Of a stretch of DNA of 64,000 nucleotides, positions 19,060 through 27,436 are shown in pieces. Positions within the stretch are counted from its first letter, which is position 1. Every line of letters begins with the position of its first letter. The notes under the pieces were generated by a model. It saw only the letters and a program-made list of their open reading frames with translations, searched no databases and had not been told where the DNA came from. A program made the translations under genes and the position numbers. This DNA is from a bacterium (GTDB lineage Bacteria; Chloroflexota; Dormibacteria; Aeolococcales; Bog-877), in contig JAKAXE010000003.1 in the NCBI GenBank assembly GCA_021816695.1, positions 1,573-65,572 of the forward strand, written 5' to 3'.

Positions 19060-21443
19060 CGGGCCTTCGCGCCGACCTCCAGCTCCAGCACGCGCAGCAC
19101 GGCCTGCCGGGCCGCGTCCCCTTCGGCGGTCGTCAGCGTCCGCTCCGGGTGACGAAGGCGAAGCCGGAGTGTCCAGCCCTTGAGCCCCGGCCCGAGCTGG
19201 TCCCCTAAATACTCGTCGATCGGCGTTACCTGCTCCAACCAGGGCAGCCCGAGCGCGGAGACCGCCCGCAGCGCCGGCCCCAGAAGGGCCCGGCTGGGGA
19301 CGGCCACCGAGAGGTCGAGCACGAGCGCCGGCGTGCGGGGGAGGGGCGCGGCGTGGCCCGGGCGGCCTCCGGGCTTGAGCCAGCCGTCCAGGCGCAGCTC
19401 GGCCACCTCCAAGCGCCCCCGGACATCGAAGGCATCCGCCACCGGCTGAGCCACCTCGCCCACGATCCCTCGGAGCTCCGCACCGGCCCAGACCTCGGCT
19501 GCCCGAGCGCGGTGCAGTGCCGGCCATGTGACCGGCCGGAATTCCACCGCCCCCCCGCCACCGACGTTGGAGAGGGAGGCGATGAGGGCCATGAGGTGGC
19601 GCAGCCGGCTCACCCCGTCCTCCGTGGAATCGTCCGCCAGGTCCAGGAGCGCCACCATCCAGGGCTCCTCCGGCCGCTCCTGGCCCCTCCCCCAGAAGAC
19701 GGCTCCCTGCTCGAAGAGTCGGACCCTGTCCTGGCCGCGCGCCTGGTTGTGATGGGCGCTCTGGAGCAGCCCCTGCAGCAGGCCTTGGCGCAGGCTCCCC
19801 AACTGGGCGGAGAGGGGATTGGCCAGCTCCAGGTGGGCGAGGTCTCCGATGAGGCGTGGGGCCAGCCCCTCCCTCTCGCCAGACACCAGGCTAAGGCTCA
19901 GAGCTTCACTGAAACCGGCCGCCCGACAGGTTGTGGAGGCCAGGTGGGCGACCGGCTCCGCCAGCGCCTCTAAGGGTGGCGCCTGGCGGATCGGGGGGAG
20001 TGTCCCAGGCACTTCCTGGTAACCGATGATCCGCCCGACCTCCTCAGCCAGGTCCACGGCGGTGGTGACGTCGGTGCGGTAGGGGGATGGGGTGACGAGC
20101 ATCTCAGCTCCATCCTCCTGCACCTCAAACTGGAGGCGACGAAGGGGGCTGGCAACCGCCTCCGAGCTGAGCTCCATACCCAGGATTGAGGAGATCCGCC
20201 CGGGGTCGCAGCGGATGGCAGAGGCTGGGGTTAGGGGCACGCCTCCCGCCGCCCCGGGGCCTAACGTAGCCCCCAGGTGCCGGACGGCCAGGTGGATGAA
20301 GCGATCCGCACCAGCTCTCGCCAGATGTGGCGACAGCTGGCGCTCGAATCGGCTGGAGGCCTCGGTCCTGAGACGGAGCCGCCGGGAGGTGGAGCGGAGC
20401 CTCGCCCAGTTGAAGTTGGCTGCTTCCAGAAGCACCTGACTGGTGTCCGCGCCCACCGCGGACGCCTCCCCCCCAATCAGGCCGGCCACCGCCTGGGGAG
20501 CATCGCCCACGGTGATCACCAGGGTCTCGGGGTCGAGGTCCCGCCTGACTCCGTCCAGGCAGGGGATCGACTCACCCTGCCGGCCTCGCCGCACCCCAAC
20601 CTCAAGCTCCTTCTCAGACGCTGGCAGCCGGCTCAGGTCGAAGGTGTGCAGGGGTTGCCCGACCTCGAACATGACGTAGTTGGCGACATCCACGATCCCA
20701 CCCAGCGATCGCTGCCCGATGGCTGCCAGGCGCCGTCGGACGAAGGCCGGCGCTGGAGTGTTGCCGAGCCCCGTCAGGACCTCAGCCAGGTAGACGGGGC
20801 AATCGGCGGACGAGTCGACGGTCACCCGGACCATGGGGCCTGAGCCTGAGCGCGCCGGCCGGCTCACATCTGGGTTCCGCAGGGCGCGCGAGAGCAGAGC
20901 CGACAGCTCCCGCGCCACGCCCCAGTGGGAGAGGCAGTCGGCGCGGTTGCTGAGAACCTCCAGCTCGTACAGGTGGTCTGCGGGATACACCCGGTCCAGC
21001 GGCATCCCGGCCTCGGCGTCGTCCGGGCTGAGTATCAGCACTCCGTCGTGCTCCGAGCCCAGCCCCAGCTCATCCGGAGCGCAGAGCATTCCCTCGCTCC
21101 AGATCCCCCGGAGCCGCTTGCGGCCGATCTCCACCCCGATCGGAAGGCGGGTGCCGGGACGGGCCCAAGGGACGAGCGCCCCCACGAAGAGGTTGTCGGC
21201 GCCGCAGATCACCTCCCGAGGCTCCTGCCCAGGGATCGCGACATGGGCTAGGAAGAGGTGATCGCTGCCCTCCACGCGGCGCAGCCCGAACACTTCGCCC
21301 ACCACCACCTGGTCCAGCCCCACCCCGTAGGCAGTGACCTTCTCTACTTCGGTGCCGCTCAGAGTGAGAAGCTCCGCGGCCCGTGCCGGCTCGACGCCCT
21401 CCAGGTCGACCATCTCCGACAGCCACTCGTGACTCACCCGCAC
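19056..21443 (-). CDS. pheT: Phenylalanine--tRNA ligase beta subunit
   Basis: ICGA.N, SEGMLC...ELG, NRADCLS..GVARE, VDVANYV..E.GQPLHTFD, RFER, DLAEEV.R..GY, RTLT. Confidence 0.95.
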   Translation of the reverse strand: MRVSHEWLSEMVDLEGVEPARAAELLTLSGTEVEKVTAYGVGLDQVVVGEVFGLRRVEGSDHLFLAHVAIPGQEPREVICGADNLFVGALVPWARPGTRLPIGVEIGRKRLRGIWSEGMLCAPDELGLGSEHDGVLILSPDDAEAGMPLDRVYPADHLYELEVLSNRADCLSHWGVARELSALLSRALRNPDVSRPARSGSGPMVRVTVDSSADCPVYLAEVLTGLGNTPAPAFVRRRLAAIGQRSLGGIVDVANYVMFEVGQPLHTFDLSRLPASEKELEVGVRRGRQGESIPCLDGVRRDLDPETLVITVGDAPQAVAGLIGGEASAVGADTSQVLLEAANFNWARLRSTSRRLRLRTEASSRFERQLSPHLARAGADRFIHLAVRHLGATLGPGAAGGVPLTPASAIRCDPGRISSILGMELSSEAVASPLRRLQFEVQEDGAEMLVTPSPYRTDVTTAVDLAEEVGRIIGYQEVPGTLPPIRQAPPLEALAEPVAHLASTTCRAAGFSEALSLSLVSGEREGLAPRLIGDLAHLELANPLSAQLGSLRQGLLQGLLQSAHHNQARGQDRVRLFEQGAVFWGRGQERPEEPWMVALLDLADDSTEDGVSRLRHLMALIASLSNVGGGGAVEFRPVTWPALHRARAAEVWAGAELRGIVGEVAQPVADAFDVRGRLEVAELRLDGWLKPGGRPGHAAPLPRTPALVLDLSVAVPSRALLGPALRAVSALGLPWLEQVTPIDEYLGDQLGPGLKGWTLRLRLRHPERTLTTAEGDAARQAVLRVLELEVGAKAR

Positions 21444-22478
21444 TCAGAAGCACTCCAAGAGGCGCAGGTCGTTCTCGTACAGGTCGCGCAGGTCGCTCAA
21501 TCCGTAGCGCAGGACGGCGATCCGATCGGGCCCCATGCCAAAGGCGAAGCCGCTGTAGCTCTCGGGGTCCACCCCGCCATTGCGCAGCACCTCGGGATGG
21601 ACCATCCCCGACCCCAGGATCTCTATCCAGCCCTTCTGCAAACAGGTCCGGCAACCGGCCCCCTGACATACGGCGCACGCTACGTCCGCCTCCAGGCTGG
21701 GCTCCGTGTAGGGGAAGAAGCTTGCCCGCAGCCGCACCCGACGCTCCCTGCCGAACAGCGCCCGGATGGCGTATTCCAAGGTGCCCTTCAGGTCCCCCAG
21801 TGTCACCCCCCGGTCGACGCACAGCCCCTCCACCTGGTGGAAAACGGGGGTGTGGGTGGGATCGGGATTGTCCCGGCGGGCCACCTTCCCCGGGACGATG
21901 ATCCGCAGCGGCGGCGGGGAAGCCAGCATCGCCCGCATCTGGACTGGGGAGGTGTGGGTCCGGTAGAGCCAGCCACCGGCGGGCGGGCTGAGGTAGAAGG
22001 TGTCGTGGGAGTCCCGCGCGGGGTGCTCCGGAGGCATGTTGAGCAGCTGGAAGTTGTGCTGGTCGTCCTCGAGCTCGGGACCCGCCACCGACTGATAGCC
22101 CAGGAAGGCGAAGATGTCTTCGATCTCTCGAATCAGGCCCGCCACCGGGTGGGAGTGGCCCTGGCCTGGCCCCCGAAATGGGTGGCTCATGTCCACCCAC
22201 TCCCCATCCTCCCGCTGCTCCTCCTCCCCGGCCGCCAACTGACGCTGCCGAGCCTCCATCGCCGAGCGCAACTGGCCGCTGGCTCGGTTGAACTCCTGGC
22301 CGAAAGCAGCACGCTCTTCAGGGGCAAGCTTCCGAAGACGCTGCCCAGCCAGGGTCACCAGACCATCTCGTCGGCCGAGGTAGCGCAGCCGCACCTCATC
22401 CAGCCGCTCCAGGCTGTCCGCCCTGGCGATCTCCTCCAGGGCCATCGCGGTGAGCTCCTGGAGGTCGACCGGGGTCAC
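21444..22478 (-). CDS. pheS: Phenylalanine--tRNA ligase alpha subunit
   Basis: HPARD.HDTFY, RTHTSPVQ, FHQVEGL, FPYTEPS, GFAFGMG.DR. Confidence 0.97.
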   Translation of the reverse strand: MTPVDLQELTAMALEEIARADSLERLDEVRLRYLGRRDGLVTLAGQRLRKLAPEERAAFGQEFNRASGQLRSAMEARQRQLAAGEEEQREDGEWVDMSHPFRGPGQGHSHPVAGLIREIEDIFAFLGYQSVAGPELEDDQHNFQLLNMPPEHPARDSHDTFYLSPPAGGWLYRTHTSPVQMRAMLASPPPLRIIVPGKVARRDNPDPTHTPVFHQVEGLCVDRGVTLGDLKGTLEYAIRALFGRERRVRLRASFFPYTEPSLEADVACAVCQGAGCRTCLQKGWIEILGSGMVHPEVLRNGGVDPESYSGFAFGMGPDRIAVLRYGLSDLRDLYENDLRLLECF

Positions 22479-22837
22479 TGCGGGGTGGTCCCCTCCTTGG
22501 CCAGCTCAACCAGCTTGGCAAAGGCCCCGGGGTCCCTGACCGCCAGCTCCGCCATCTCCTTGCGAGAGAGCATCACTCCGGCGGCACCGATGGCCGCCAT
22601 GAAGCGGCTGTAGGTGATCCCGCTCTGCCGCACGGCGGCGTTGATCCGAGCGATCCAGAGGCGGCGGAAGTCGCCTTTGCGACGGCGGCGGTCACGGTAC
22701 TGGTAGGCCAGCTTGTGCATGACCGCCTCATGCGCAGGCCTATAGAGGCGGTTGTGGGAGCCTGTGAGACCAGAGGCCTCCTCCAGGAGCCGCTTGTGGC
22801 GCTTGCGGGCGGTGACGCCCCGCTTCACCCGGGCCAT
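22475..22837 (-). CDS. rplT: 50S ribosomal protein L20
   Basis: MARVKRG, YRDRR.RK.DFRRLWIARINAA. Confidence 0.97.
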   Translation of the reverse strand: MARVKRGVTARKRHKRLLEEASGLTGSHNRLYRPAHEAVMHKLAYQYRDRRRRKGDFRRLWIARINAAVRQSGITYSRFMAAIGAAGVMLSRKEMAELAVRDPGAFAKLVELAKEGTTPQ

Positions 22838-22840
22838 CGC

Positions 22841-23044
22841 TCAACCCTCCAGGTAGGGCGCGTTGCGCCGCACCACCTTGGCGTCCCCGGCGTCGACCAC
22901 CTTCATCTGAGCGTAGCCCCGCTTGCGCTTGGCTGACTTGTGCTCCAGCAGATGGGACTGGAATGCTCCCCGGCGGAGCAGCTTGCCCCCGCCCGAGACC
23001 CGAAAGCGCTTCTGGGTCCCCTTATGGCTGCGGATCTTGGGCAT
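22841..23044 (-). CDS. rpmI: 50S ribosomal protein L35
   Basis: MPKIRSHKG..KRF, H.L..KS.KRKR; between infC and rplT. Confidence 0.95.
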   Translation of the reverse strand: MPKIRSHKGTQKRFRVSGGGKLLRRGAFQSHLLEHKSAKRKRGYAQMKVVDAGDAKVVRRNAPYLEG

Positions 23045-23588
23045 TGTGGTTCGTCTCTCCCCTACTGGGCTTCTTCTGCATCGGATTGAGGATCATGATC
23101 ATGTTGCGCCCCTCCAGGAGGGGCTGGCGCTCGACCTGGGCCACGTCCTTCACCTCTTCGGCCAGCCGCTGCAGCAGCGCCCGGCCGATTTCCTGGTGGA
23201 CCAGCTCGCGGCCCCTGAACATGATAGTGAGCTTGACCTTGTCACCATCCTCCAAGAAGTGACGCACGTACCCGTACTTGGTCTGGAAATCATGGTCGCT
23301 GATCTTGGGGCGGAGCTTCATCTCCTTGAGGCGGATGGCGTTGTGCTCGCGACGAGCTTCCTTCTCCCTCTTCAGGGCCTCGAACTTGAATCGCCCATAG
23401 TCCATGAGCCGACACACCGGAGGTTGGGCCTGGGGCGCCACCTCCACCAGGTCAAGCCCCCTCTCCTGGGCAAGCCGCTGGGCATCCGCCAGGGTCACGA
23501 TTCCCAGCGCCTCGTCGGTCGTGTCGTCGAAGAGCCGGACCTGCGGGGTCCGGATCTGGTCGTTGATGTGCAGCTCGCGAAACGCTAT
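23022..23588 (-). CDS. infC: Translation initiation factor IF-3 (non-canonical ATA start)
   Basis: INDQIR..QVRL extends upstream of the ORF-track start to ATA at 23588 after AAAGGAGG; LDLVEV, PPVCRLMDYG, FRGRE. Confidence 0.95.
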   Translation of the reverse strand: MAFRELHINDQIRTPQVRLFDDTTDEALGIVTLADAQRLAQERGLDLVEVAPQAQPPVCRLMDYGRFKFEALKREKEARREHNAIRLKEMKLRPKISDHDFQTKYGYVRHFLEDGDKVKLTIMFRGRELVHQEIGRALLQRLAEEVKDVAQVERQPLLEGRNMIMILNPMQKKPSRGETNHNAQDPQP

Positions 23589-23659
23589 GGACGCATCCTC
23601 CTTTGCTCAGGCCAGAGGGGCCGATGCTAACACGAACAGGGCGATGCGCCCAGTGCCAT

Positions 23660-25402
23660 TCAACCCTGGTCCTTCTCCTCGACCAGCCGCGCGACCAGCT
23701 CCTCGATCCCGAGGACGGTCTTGCTCCCGCGCCGGGTATCGCGGAGGTTGACCTGGCGTGACTCCACCTCCCGGCGTCCAACCACGGCCAGGTACGGCAC
23801 CTTGGCCATCTCGCCGTCCCGGATCTGGGCCGGCATGGTCTCGCCGGAGCGCGGCGCAGAGCTCCTGATGCCCCTGGCCTCCAGAGCCGCCGCCACCTCG
23901 AGGGCGTACGGGAGCTGGTCGTCGCTCACCGTGACCAGGCGCACCTGCTCCGGGCTCAGCCAGAAGGGAAGGGCGCCCCCGTAATGCTCCAGAAGCACCC
24001 CGAAGAACCGCTCCAGTGAACCCAACAAGGCCCGGTGAACCATGATGGGCCGGTGGGCGGCACCGTCCGCGCCGATGTACTCAAGCTGGAAGCGCTCAGG
24101 CTCGTTGAAGTCGAACTGCACCGTGCTGCACTGCCAGCGGCGGCCCATCGCGTCCCGGATATGGATGTCCACCTTGGGGCCGTAGAAGGCGCCCTCCCCG
24201 GGGTTCACCTTGAACTCCATGCCCCGTCGCCGGAGCGCGCGGTCCAGGGCCGCCTCCGCCAGATCCCACATCCGATCCTCGCCCGCAGCCTTGGCCGGCT
24301 TGGTGCTGAGGTCCACCTCCAACTCTTTGAAGCCGAACCTGGAGAGCATCGCCGAGGCCAGTTCCAGGACCCCCACGATCTCCTCCTCGGCCTGCTCCTC
24401 GGTGCAAAAGATGTGGGCGTCGTCCTGGGTGATGCCCCGGACCCGCAGCAGCCCGTGCAGGGTCCCACTGCGCTGAAAGCGGTAGACCGAGGCGATCTCG
24501 GCCAGCCGCGAAGGCAACTCCCGGTAGCTGCGGGGACGGGAGCGGTAGATGAGGATGTGGAAGGGACAGCTCATCGGCTTCACCCGGTAGCGGTCTCCCT
24601 CCACGGCGATCGGCCCGTACATCTCGTCCGCGAAGAAGCCGAGATGGCCGCTCACCTCCCAGAGCCGCTCCCGAGCCAGGTGGGGCGTGTACACGAGCTG
24701 GTAGCCGGTGCGCTGGTGCTCACGCCGCCAGTAGTCCTCCATGACGGTGCGAACCACCGCGCCCCGGGGATGCCAGAGCACCAACCCTCCGCCCAGCTCC
24801 TCGGGCAGGGAGAACAGGTCCAGCTCCCGCCCCAACCGGCGGTGGTCACGCTGGCGGGCCATCTCAAGCCGCTCCAGGTACTGGTCCAACTCCGTGGAGC
24901 TGGGGAAGGCGGTGCCGTACACCCGCTGCAGCATGGGCTGGCTCTCGTCCCCGTGCCAGTAGGCGCCCGCTGTGTGGAGCAATCGGAAGGCCGGGATGTG
25001 AGAGGCACGCTCAACGTGGGGCCCACGGCAGAGGTCGAAGAAGTCGCCGGTCCGGTAGCAGGTTATGAGCTCCCCCTCGGGGATCCTCTCGATCAGCTCC
25101 ACCTTGAAGCGCTGGAAGCGGCGGCGGAACTCCGACAGGGCGGCATCGCGATCCACCTCCATCCGCTCGTAGGCGGGGTCACGAGCCTGGATCTCCCGCA
25201 TCCTTTGTTCGATGGTGGGAAGGTCGGAGTCGCTGATCCGGGCTCCCCCGGGCAACAGAAAGTCGTAGTAGAAGCCGTCCTCGATGGCCGGACCGATGGC
25301 GTACTCCGCCCCGGGGAACAGCTCGCAGACCGCGGCCGCCATGAGATGAGCGGCGCTGTGGCGCAGCACATCCAGATCTACTCCTTCCATCTGATCTCGC
25401 AT
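23660..25402 (-). CDS. thrS: Threonine--tRNA ligase (lacks N-terminal TGS domain)
   Basis: HSAAHL, GFYYDF, DLCRGPH, RDHRRLG, KPMSCP.H, TQDDAHIF, GAFYGPK, HRA..GS.ERF. Confidence 0.96.
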   Translation of the reverse strand: MRDQMEGVDLDVLRHSAAHLMAAAVCELFPGAEYAIGPAIEDGFYYDFLLPGGARISDSDLPTIEQRMREIQARDPAYERMEVDRDAALSEFRRRFQRFKVELIERIPEGELITCYRTGDFFDLCRGPHVERASHIPAFRLLHTAGAYWHGDESQPMLQRVYGTAFPSSTELDQYLERLEMARQRDHRRLGRELDLFSLPEELGGGLVLWHPRGAVVRTVMEDYWRREHQRTGYQLVYTPHLARERLWEVSGHLGFFADEMYGPIAVEGDRYRVKPMSCPFHILIYRSRPRSYRELPSRLAEIASVYRFQRSGTLHGLLRVRGITQDDAHIFCTEEQAEEEIVGVLELASAMLSRFGFKELEVDLSTKPAKAAGEDRMWDLAEAALDRALRRRGMEFKVNPGEGAFYGPKVDIHIRDAMGRRWQCSTVQFDFNEPERFQLEYIGADGAAHRPIMVHRALLGSLERFFGVLLEHYGGALPFWLSPEQVRLVTVSDDQLPYALEVAAALEARGIRSSAPRSGETMPAQIRDGEMAKVPYLAVVGRREVESRQVNLRDTRRGSKTVLGIEELVARLVEEKDQG

Positions 25403-25464
25403 TCTAGAGGGGGGGGCCCAATCTGGGGACGGACGAGCGGCGGCTATAATCCGAACCCTCCGGA

Positions 25465-25541
25465 GGGCGCATAGCTCAGGTGGTTAGAGCGCTACCCTGA
25501 CACGGTAGAGGCCCCAGGTTCGACTCCTGGTGCGCCCACCA
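25465..25541 (+). tRNA. tRNA-Val(GAC)
   Basis: Acceptor stem GGGCGCA/TGCGCCC, anticodon stem CTACC/GGTAG with loop CT-GAC-AC, GGTTCGACTCC T-arm, encoded CCA; TATAAT at 25445-50. Confidence 0.97.
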
Positions 25542-25795
25542 GACAGCGGCTCATGGCACCTGCCCTTCAAAGCGGTGGTTTGGCTTCCGGGGCCCGGTCC
25601 AGGGAACGAGCGCGCATATGCAGTGGTTCCGGGTGGCCAAACGCGTCCGGAACCCGGGGGCGCGAGACACTCCTGGAGAGATGGCGTCGCGCTCGGCGAC
25701 GCCCTCCGCTCCCCCGGGTGACGTGGTCGTTGCCCATTGGGGCCCCAGCCGGTTGTTCAAAACAGGTCGGCCAAGTCACCCCTACCGCTGGCGGT

Positions 25796-26335
25796 CTAGT
25801 CGACGCCAGTCGCCACGAGCCTGTATACGGCCATTGGACGGTCATGCGGCTCCGTGGCGAGCGCCCGAACGGACTCCAATCGAAAACCGTTCTTCTCCAG
25901 GATCCGCCGGGAAGGAATGTTGGCCGCCTCGGGCGCGATCACCAGCCCGGCGCCGGGATGGTGGCGCCGAACCTCGGCGACCAGGGCAGCGATCATCGCG
26001 GTTCCGAAGCCACGGCCCAGGAGGTCCGGGACGCCGATGGCGTAGTCGGCCCCCACCTCGCCGTCCCGGGCGTCCACCGCCTTTGCTTCATCCGGGTAGT
26101 CACCCCACCGATACCACTGGCACCAGCCCACGGCCTCGCCGGCAAGTAAGACCATGCACAACTTGGTCGCTGACTCCGCTCTCTCCTCGAATAGGTGCGC
26201 CCCAAGCGTCTCCAGCGCCTCCTCAGCCGTCGACTCAGGAGTCCACCAACGCGCAACGTGCGGCGCGCGAAGCCAAATCTCAACAGCAGTGAGGTCTACG
26301 AGTGTCATCGGTCGGAGAGTCACGAGCGGCTCCAC
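25796..26335 (-). CDS. GNAT N-acetyltransferase (AAC(6')-Ib/AlcB-like fold)
   Basis: WL..PHVARWW, VGWCQWY, D..IG.....GRGFGT, P...N..S.R.LEK.GF; GTG start 7 nt after TAGTCT. Confidence 0.8.
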   Translation of the reverse strand: MEPLVTLRPMTLVDLTAVEIWLRAPHVARWWTPESTAEEALETLGAHLFEERAESATKLCMVLLAGEAVGWCQWYRWGDYPDEAKAVDARDGEVGADYAIGVPDLLGRGFGTAMIAALVAEVRRHHPGAGLVIAPEAANIPSRRILEKNGFRLESVRALATEPHDRPMAVYRLVATGVD

Positions 26336-26843
26336 CGGCTCGAGACTAAAGGTTGCGGGTATCGCAAGTAGCCGATGACGGCGCTGGGAGGCAGCTGCAC
26401 CGTTCGCTTCACTGGCCGCCATCCCGCTTCTGGCTGCCGACGACGACCTGCGGATCGTGGTCTGGGAGGGGGAGCGGCACCAACCCCTCGGACCCTGCTC
26501 TGTGGAGTACGCCGCGAGGAAGATGGCTCATCCCCCACCTCTTCCGCGAGGTTCCGGGCCCAGAGGCCCAGGTCCCCGGGCCGCGACCAATGGCTGGCCA
26601 CAACGAGAGTCCAGGGTGCCGGAGCCATGCCTGGCACTCTTCGCCGACGGTCGCCCGGGGGTGGCCGAATGGGGCCGCCGGCGGAGACGTGAGCTTTCCC
26701 TGCCCCTGGCGCTATGTCCGGCACAGGTGTTCGTCGAGGCGCACGGGGCGGTTCCCCGCTGAGAAAGATGGCCCCTCCGCCAGGGGATTGTCCACACCCG
26801 AAGTGGGGAAAAAGAGGATAAGTGGATTGCCGACTCCGCAACC

Positions 26844-26905
26844 AAAATCCCTAAGTTTCTGAGGGTTTTCGCTATTGACAGCGGGCCTTAAGCAGGGCTT
26901 AACAT
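26844..26905 (+). promoter_or_regulatory. Promoter with upstream inverted repeat and CTTAA direct repeats
   Basis: AAAATCCCT-N9-AGGGTTTT (26844-69); TTGACA (26875-80), 19 nt, TAACAT (26900-05); CTTAA at 26887 and 26898. Confidence 0.5.
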
Positions 26906-26913
26906 AGGCCCCC

Positions 26914-27189
26914 GTGACTCCTCCCCGCAGCTCCCGTCCGCCCCGCCTCTGTGCCCGCGCCGGCTGCGGTGCCCCGGTCAAGAAGCCCACCGCCAGGTAC
27001 TGCAGCGTGGCCTGCTCGGCTCAGGACCCGGAGCGTCGGGCGCGGCTCCGGGAGCGGGCACGCTGCGGTCGGATACTCCCCCTGGCACGGCAACTTCCCT
27101 TGGACTTCGACGGCGAGGAGCAGAGGATTGCGGCCCTGGCCGGAGCCCGTGAGGAGGTCCCCCAAGGGCTCTCGCGCTGGGCTGTCTGA
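26914..27189 (+). CDS. Small treble-clef-type zinc-finger protein of unknown function
   Basis: C-x4-C-x11-C-x3-C (CARAGC...YCSVAC), QLPLDF motif; GTG 8 nt after a -10 box. Confidence 0.6.
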   Translation: MTPPRSSRPPRLCARAGCGAPVKKPTARYCSVACSAQDPERRARLRERARCGRILPLARQLPLDFDGEEQRIAALAGAREEVPQGLSRWAV

Positions 27190-27192
27190 GAC

Positions 27193-27375
27193 TCAGGAGA
27201 TCGGCGTCCGGGGGCGGACCATGGCCTCAGCGGTGCGGATGTCAGCGGCGGTGACGGTGACCCGCAGGCTCTGCTCGCAGTGGTGACAGATCAGATGGAA
27301 GGTGGTGGGCCGGGGGATGTCCCGCGCCACCTCCTGTCGGAAGCCACAGGCCTCGCAGCTGACCACCGCACGCAT
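27193..27375 (-). CDS. Small zinc-ribbon protein of unknown function (60 aa)
   Basis: MRAVVSCEACG...LICHHCE, two CxxC motifs; downstream of the MFS gene. Confidence 0.55.
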   Translation of the reverse strand: MRAVVSCEACGFRQEVARDIPRPTTFHLICHHCEQSLRVTVTAADIRTAEAMVRPRTPIS

Positions 27376-27436
27376 GGTGCCATTGAAGTCCGAGGAGCGG
27401 CGCTGAGAGCTGCCGCCAACGGACTGCCACACGCCG

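Noticed and set aside
25520-25541. tRNA-Val 3' end as the att site of an integrated element
   Set aside because: No duplicate of the tRNA 3' end and no recombinase were found by eye in the window.
26415-26530. Plus-strand peptide LAADDDLRIVVWEGE resembling an enoyl-CoA hydratase fragment
   Set aside because: Too short, with no flanking similarity; cannot be supported without a search.
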